A DNA stretch of 64,000 nt from the human T2T-CHM13v2.0 reference genome, Homo sapiens, in the NCBI RefSeq assembly GCF_009914755.1, contig NC_060931.1, one strand, 5' to 3'. Position 1 is the first letter of the stretch; each line of letters starts with the position of its first letter. The position numbers and the translations under genes were made by a program. Shown one piece after another: positions 54,487 to 64,000 of this stretch. The notes below the pieces were generated by a model. That model saw only the letters and a list, made by a program, of their open reading frames with translations, was not told where the DNA came from and ran no database searches.

Positions 54487-54860
54487 CAGACACTCCCCAG
54501 CTTACTACAGTTTGACTTAAGATTTTTTGACTTTACGATGGTGTGAAAGCAATGCACATTCAATGGAAACCATACTTCTAATGTTGAATTTTTTATCTTT
54601 TCTTGGGTTAGTTGATGTCTGATATGTTACTTTCTTGCGATGCCAGGCAATGGCTGGGAGCCAGAGCTCCCAGTCAGCCATGCAATCAAGAGGCTAAACA
54701 GCTGATACTATACAGTGGACTGTGTCACCAGCATTTTGGGGATATTGTGTTTTGTGTTTTTGAATCCTATCATGTCTACAAAATGCCATTTTCGACTGCT
54801 ATTTTCAATTTAGGGTGGGTTTATCAGGACATAACCCTATGGAAAGTTGAGGACCATCTG
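54487..54860 (-). mobile_element. MER47-family (TcMar-Tigger) MITE with TIRs and TA target duplication
   Basis: ta|cagacactccccagcttact ... gggtttatcaggacataaccctatggaaagttgaggaccatctg|ta; internal gactttacgatggtgtgaaagcaatgcacattca. Confidence 0.8.
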
Positions 54861-55589
54861 TATATCTGGTAGGGAAAGATGGATAACAAATTCATAGGCA
54901 AATAATAATTTCATGATTATTATTAAGTTATTCCTACTTAATAATAAGTAGTGATCACTGCCAGGGAGCAGAGAATGCAGGATAATGTGACAGATGTAAT
55001 GGTGGGTACTTAAGCTAATGTAGTTGCAGAACAGGCTTTTCTAGAGGGTAGGCCTTTAAGCGTACCTCGAAGATGCAAAGGAAGCAAAGATGCGAAGATC
55101 TGGGCTGGGGATGGAAGCAGAGACAACTTGGAGGCCAAGGGGAGAGACTGACAACAGCCCAGCTCATACCTCAGCAGCCTTTAATGCATAGCTAAGAAAA
55201 CAACAAATTAAAACAATTATAGTTTACTTAGACGATTCTAAGTGTCTAAGTGGATTTGGGCAAATCTGGAGAAACTTGTTCTAATACTGTGTCTTAATAA
55301 GTAATATAGATTTGCCCAGGCTTGTGGGCAGAGTGGTATACACCCCATAATAGCAGAGGAAGGCCACAGGGCCTACCCTACAAAACCAGAGGCATTTAAA
55401 AACTTAAAGGAGGCAGATTGCTTTTATTTTCAGTTAAAATAAAGTGAGGAGTTTCTCAAGAAAAATAATAACGAGACCACCGGCCCGCCCTAGATGTCCA
55501 ACAAGAATGCACAGATAACTTCGTATATCCACTTTCCTGAACCTGCCCCTGACAGCCAAGTGGAGCACAACAACAGAGATGAACCTCAA

Positions 55590-56100
55590 AACTACTGTGC
55601 TGTGACATAAGGCTTGCTCAAGAGGACAGTGTGGTGTGAGTCCATCTATGTTCTAAAGCAAGCAAAGCTATTCTGTAGTGAAAATGGATCAGGACAGCAG
55701 TTGCCTCTGGTGTATGGGGGCAGGGATCGACTGGGAGGGGCATGAGGGATGACAGTTAGGGTTTCGATCATGACAGGAATTCAGATTACTCCAGCATGTG
55801 CATTTGTTAAAGCTCATCAAATGCTACACTTAAGATTAATCCTCTCACAGTTTGTGGATGTTACCTTAAAAACAACAATGATGACTGCAAACTAATATTG
55901 AACTCTGGTTAGTGATATACCAATGTGAAGTATAGTGATATCTCTACTTTACTTTAAAATGCATCCAAAGGCAGACTAGAGGACCATATCTGACAGACAG
56001 AAAAATAGATATGTGATAAGGTGAATGTAGTAAAATGCTAACATAAGGATGTTTGCGGTACAATTCTTTCAGCTTTTCTATACATTTATAAATCATAATA
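55590..56100 (+). mobile_element. Ancient L1M 3' UTR fragments
   Basis: gatgaacctcaaaactactgtgctg...agttgcctctgg...gtgcatttgttaaagctcatcaaatgctacacttaaga. Confidence 0.55.
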
Positions 56101-56629
56101 AAATTTTAGGACAAAAAGTTAGTGCTTTGTAGTCCTAAGTCATAGGGCCTGCTGCTCTTGATGCAGTAGAATTTGTCTTCAGATTTGCAAAGGGTAAGGC
56201 AAACCACTAGCATTTTGTATGGAACTTGATGCAAATACTTTTAATTGTCTGGTTTTCAAATGTATAGACTTAAAGTAATATCAACTCTTTCTTTGAATCA
56301 ACTACTGAAATACCTAGTCTTAAATAAATATTTTTATGTAATCCTTAAAGTACTATGTATTCATTTTTCTTTCTTCTTTCTTTTCTGGTTTGATAAATAT
56401 TCTATAAAGTAACTGTGTTTAATGGCCAACATTTGAGTAAGTCCATATGCAGATCCAAACATCTCAGTTTAGACAATAACTTAAGACAATATAGAGTGGC
56501 TGACATCCCCTAACGTGGGTCCAGATGCATGTTATGTTATGTTTCTGTTGCATTCTCAATAGTTAACTTTAATAAAAGAAAGTCAAAAGCTTATATATTT
56601 TTTCAATCTTCAAAACATTTCTGGGAGGT

Positions 56630-57045
56630 TGTCTTAGTTAATTTTATGTTGCTATACCCATATCACAGACTGGGTAATTTATAAAGAAAATAAATGTATT
56701 TGGCTCATGGTTCTGGTGGCTGGGAAGTCCAAGAGCATGGCATTGGCATCTGCTTGGCAGCTGGTGAGGGCCTTCATGCTGTGTCAATCTATGGTGGAAG
56801 GTCAAGAGAGCATGCATGTGAGGTGGTGGGGAAGAGAAAAAGCGGGTTTAACTCATCCTTTTATCAGGGACTCACTCCCGTGATAGCTAACCCATTCTTA
56901 CATGAATGGCATTAATCCATTCCTTAGGGCACAGCTCTCATGACCTAATTATAATACCTCTTAAAGTTTCCACCTCTCAACACTGTTGCATTGGTGATTA
57001 AGTTTCCAATAAACGCACTTTGGAAAACACATTCAAACCACAGCA
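56630..57045 (-). mobile_element. MaLR solo LTR, MST family (MSTB/C-like), with 5-bp TSD
   Basis: TG...CA termini (tgtcttagtt...acattcaaaccacagca); gactgggtaatttataaagaaaa...ggctcatggttctggtggctgggaagtccaaga; flanks gaggt / gagat. Confidence 0.85.
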
Positions 57046-60000
57046 GAGATCAACGTTATTGTCACCATTTTCATATTTGAGGAAAGCATGGCACAGAGAG
57101 CTTGGAGAAGTACTTCAAGGTCACCCAATGAGGAAGTGGCTAAACAAAAACCTTATCTTAAATTAATTAAAAACCTCTTGCTCTTTGCAGTTTTGTCTTA
57201 AATCTACCTAATTTGTGACTGTAATTTTTAAGTAATTTACTCATATAAGTGGTCTCACATTAAATTTTCTCATTGCTTTATATTTCTAACATGAGATATT
57301 TGGTATAAGGATGGAACCAAGATCATACCTTGTTTTAATTAGAAAACCTAGACCAAGTCATTGTGATCCTCATCCTAGATTTCAGTTAAATGCTGCTGTC
57401 TCCTTTTGGGTATGTGACAGGGGAAAGCCTCAGAAGAAACAACCTTATGTGTTTTCTTTTGATACTTTAGTAATTAACCCAGGATAGTATTCAAGATTGA
57501 CATGCCTTATATTGAATCAAATAGCATATCAACTGCCTTCTTATTCTCAAGTATAGACATGTTGGGTAATTGGGCATTTAAGTTTCTTTGCAATTTTTTC
57601 CATTATTAACAAAATTAATGAGCAACATTCTGCATAAGGTCTGTTTCCTCAGAATACGTTTCCCAAAGTGGAATCATCATGACGTAGAATTTAAGCATAC
57701 TTACTTGTTTAAACAAATTGTCCAGTTGCTTCCCAAAATGTTTTGTGAATTAAGATTTACATCAAGAATATGTAATGTTGTTACTGTCTCCCAAATACAG
57801 GATCTTTTTCTGAATATAAAAGTTATACATGCTAATTGTAGACAATGAAGGGTCATTATCCTCATAGATAATGAAGTGCTTCTAATACTTGTGCTTTTAT
57901 TCATTTATTCAAAAAGTGCTAAATAAGCCCTGAAGGGGCTTTTGGGGGGTCATTTGGGGCTTATTTAGCACTTTTTGAATAAATAAATAAAAGCACAAGT
58001 ACAGTTTTTTTAAAATACTGTTTTCTATAATAGATTAATCTTAAATGGCATGTTTTCCTTTATTTTACTGACAAAAGTTACTTACTCTGTGATTGAATAA
58101 TAAAAATTCTTTGGTTCAGCTGAGAGAAACTTGCAAGCTGACGTCCTTGATTATTTAAAATGAAAGCAGCTGCCTGTTTTCATCTCTCTGCATCCTGAGG
58201 AAACTCTTCTGCAACGTGTTCCAGCCCTAGGTTCTAGCTGACCCTGTTCATCTGTTTGGCACGAGGGGCCCAACTAACACTTGCGGCTACCTGGACGACA
58301 GCCAATCTAGTTGGAATGAGAGTTAGAGGCCATAGTCTGTCAGCTGGGAAAGCAGCTTTTATTCCAAGGTGTGCCAACCGAAAGGCCACATGTTATTGTC
58401 ACAACCTGGTACCTACATCAGTGCTGACATCTTTAAGAACCTTAGAATTGGGAAATCAGTTTAGCCCTATCTGCATATGTAGCAGACAACCACACAATTG
58501 TTCCAACTTGAGGTTGCATTCAGAGCAACCTCATTTCCCCCATACTCCTGAGGAAAAGCAGACCAGAGACGCTGGGTCAATCCAGAGTTATGGTTGGAAA
58601 AATGATGGAATAATTCTGCCCCTGGTGATAGGAGAGAGGGACTCCATCTTGTCAACTGTCATGGTTCCCATGTGAAAGCTATCATTATCACTGAAATTGA
58701 ATGAGAACACAGAAGGGAAGAACAGGGAAATCCCCACAGAGTTAAAGAGGATGTGAAGATTGCTTCATGTTTAATGTTTGTGTAAGTGCTTTGGGTTGGT
58801 TATGTGCTGTCTGAACATGTGCTCATTTCCATGGCTCATTGAGAGGGCAGACAGTCCAATGATACTCTTTAGAATCATTCCCATGGGGAAGGAACAAAGA
58901 AGCCTGTAAAATAGAAATGCACATGTAAAAAGCATTGAAGAAAGTGCCAGTGTATTGATTTTGGCCATGGTTTGTGCTCTACCACCTGGTTACTGTGATT
59001 GCAGAAGTGCCTTTGCAGATGAGGAAGAACCTGGCCAAGGCTCAATCCAACATCCAAAGCCAGAGGCCATATTTCTTCACTCTTAAGATAATTTGGGTTC
59101 AAATTATAGTCCCTTTACACACTCTCTGCCTCAAAAGGCCCAAGACTCTCTTTTGTTATGCTTGCCTAAACATGCCTTTCAAAGAACTAGTTCTGTAAAT
59201 ACAACTTTATTATAAACCTCTCCTTTGCTTTTAAAAATGGATCACCACGTCCATTTCTATGGTCCAACTTTGTCCCTTAATTTAAAATTTTTTCTTGGAT
59301 TAAGTTTGATGCCTTGAAACATTAGGAACTCAAGCATACAAGATTGTATGCTGGTGGTGAGGGAAGTAACTGTGCCTCCGCCTGTGCTGGGTGGATCAAC
59401 ATGGAGTGTGGACGAGCATAGGGATGTGTGGGTTTCTCACTAGCTGAGAGTGTTTTTAAATGTTGTATTTTGATGTTTGTTATTTTCTGAATATTCTACA
59501 GTTAGACCTTTGATTTATTCTTTGATGCATTCATTTGAATAATATTTTTAATCTCCAGCCAGTTAGGTTTTTAATTTACACTTTTGTCCCTGATTTTAGG
59601 TGTAGTGTTGTGTACACTACTGCCCAGTGTATGTTATGTTTGTAAACATTCATTGCACGCACAACAATGTGACTCACAATATTTTTGAGAAGTAAAAAGT
59701 TCATTATATAGTTATTAACTCAACCCTACAGTTATATTCGTGAAATACCTTGTGAAATTTATTTTTTGCCTACTGGAGCTCTTACAGGTTAATCCTGTCT
59801 TCAAGATTTTCATAGAATTTTCATCTACCACCCACCACTTTAAATTTCAACATTTTTTTATTTTGGCATTTTAATGCAATTCAATGCATTATAGGGACAA
59901 GCTATCTCTTATTATGAATTGCACCTTATATAAACTTAAAGATCTTTTATCACAAATTTCTTTGCTGTGTCCTTTAGTGAGAATTTGTATTATCAGTCAC

Positions 60001-60096
60001 TAAAGCTCACTAAGTTAGTAAGCTTTGCGCCCAGATGACCTGGGCAGGAATGGGTGAGTCTCTGTGTGGAGAGAGTGAAGAAACTGCTACCCTTAA

Positions 60097-64000
<3,904 letters not shown>

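Overview
Human genomic DNA from the EGFR locus (7p11.2), + strand. About 60 kb is the 3' half of the very long intron 1, followed by coding exon 2 (60179-60330), the 867-bp intron 2, coding exon 3 (61198-61381) and the start of intron 3. Both exons match the canonical EGFR protein as I recall it (residues V30-Q141/E142, L1 domain I). Exons 1 and 4 are outside the window. The intron holds old interspersed repeats (MaLR LTRs, MIR, L2, degenerate L1M, MER5/MER47/MER58), only three Alus, several microsatellites, a 51-bp minisatellite and small local duplications. There are no prokaryotic features, and nearly all ORF-track entries look spurious. The leads most worth following are: an internal TATA/AP-1 promoter with an alternative first exon near 27.5-27.9 kb that would give a signal-peptide-less EGFR behind uORFs; exons 2+3 forming a stop-free 336-nt circle if back-spliced; a 302-codon intronic ORF with TATA and poly(A) signals; and a higher-order minisatellite bracketed by splice sites. 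I found no convincing wholly new system. These are testable hypotheses, and repeat family names and boundaries are by-eye calls.
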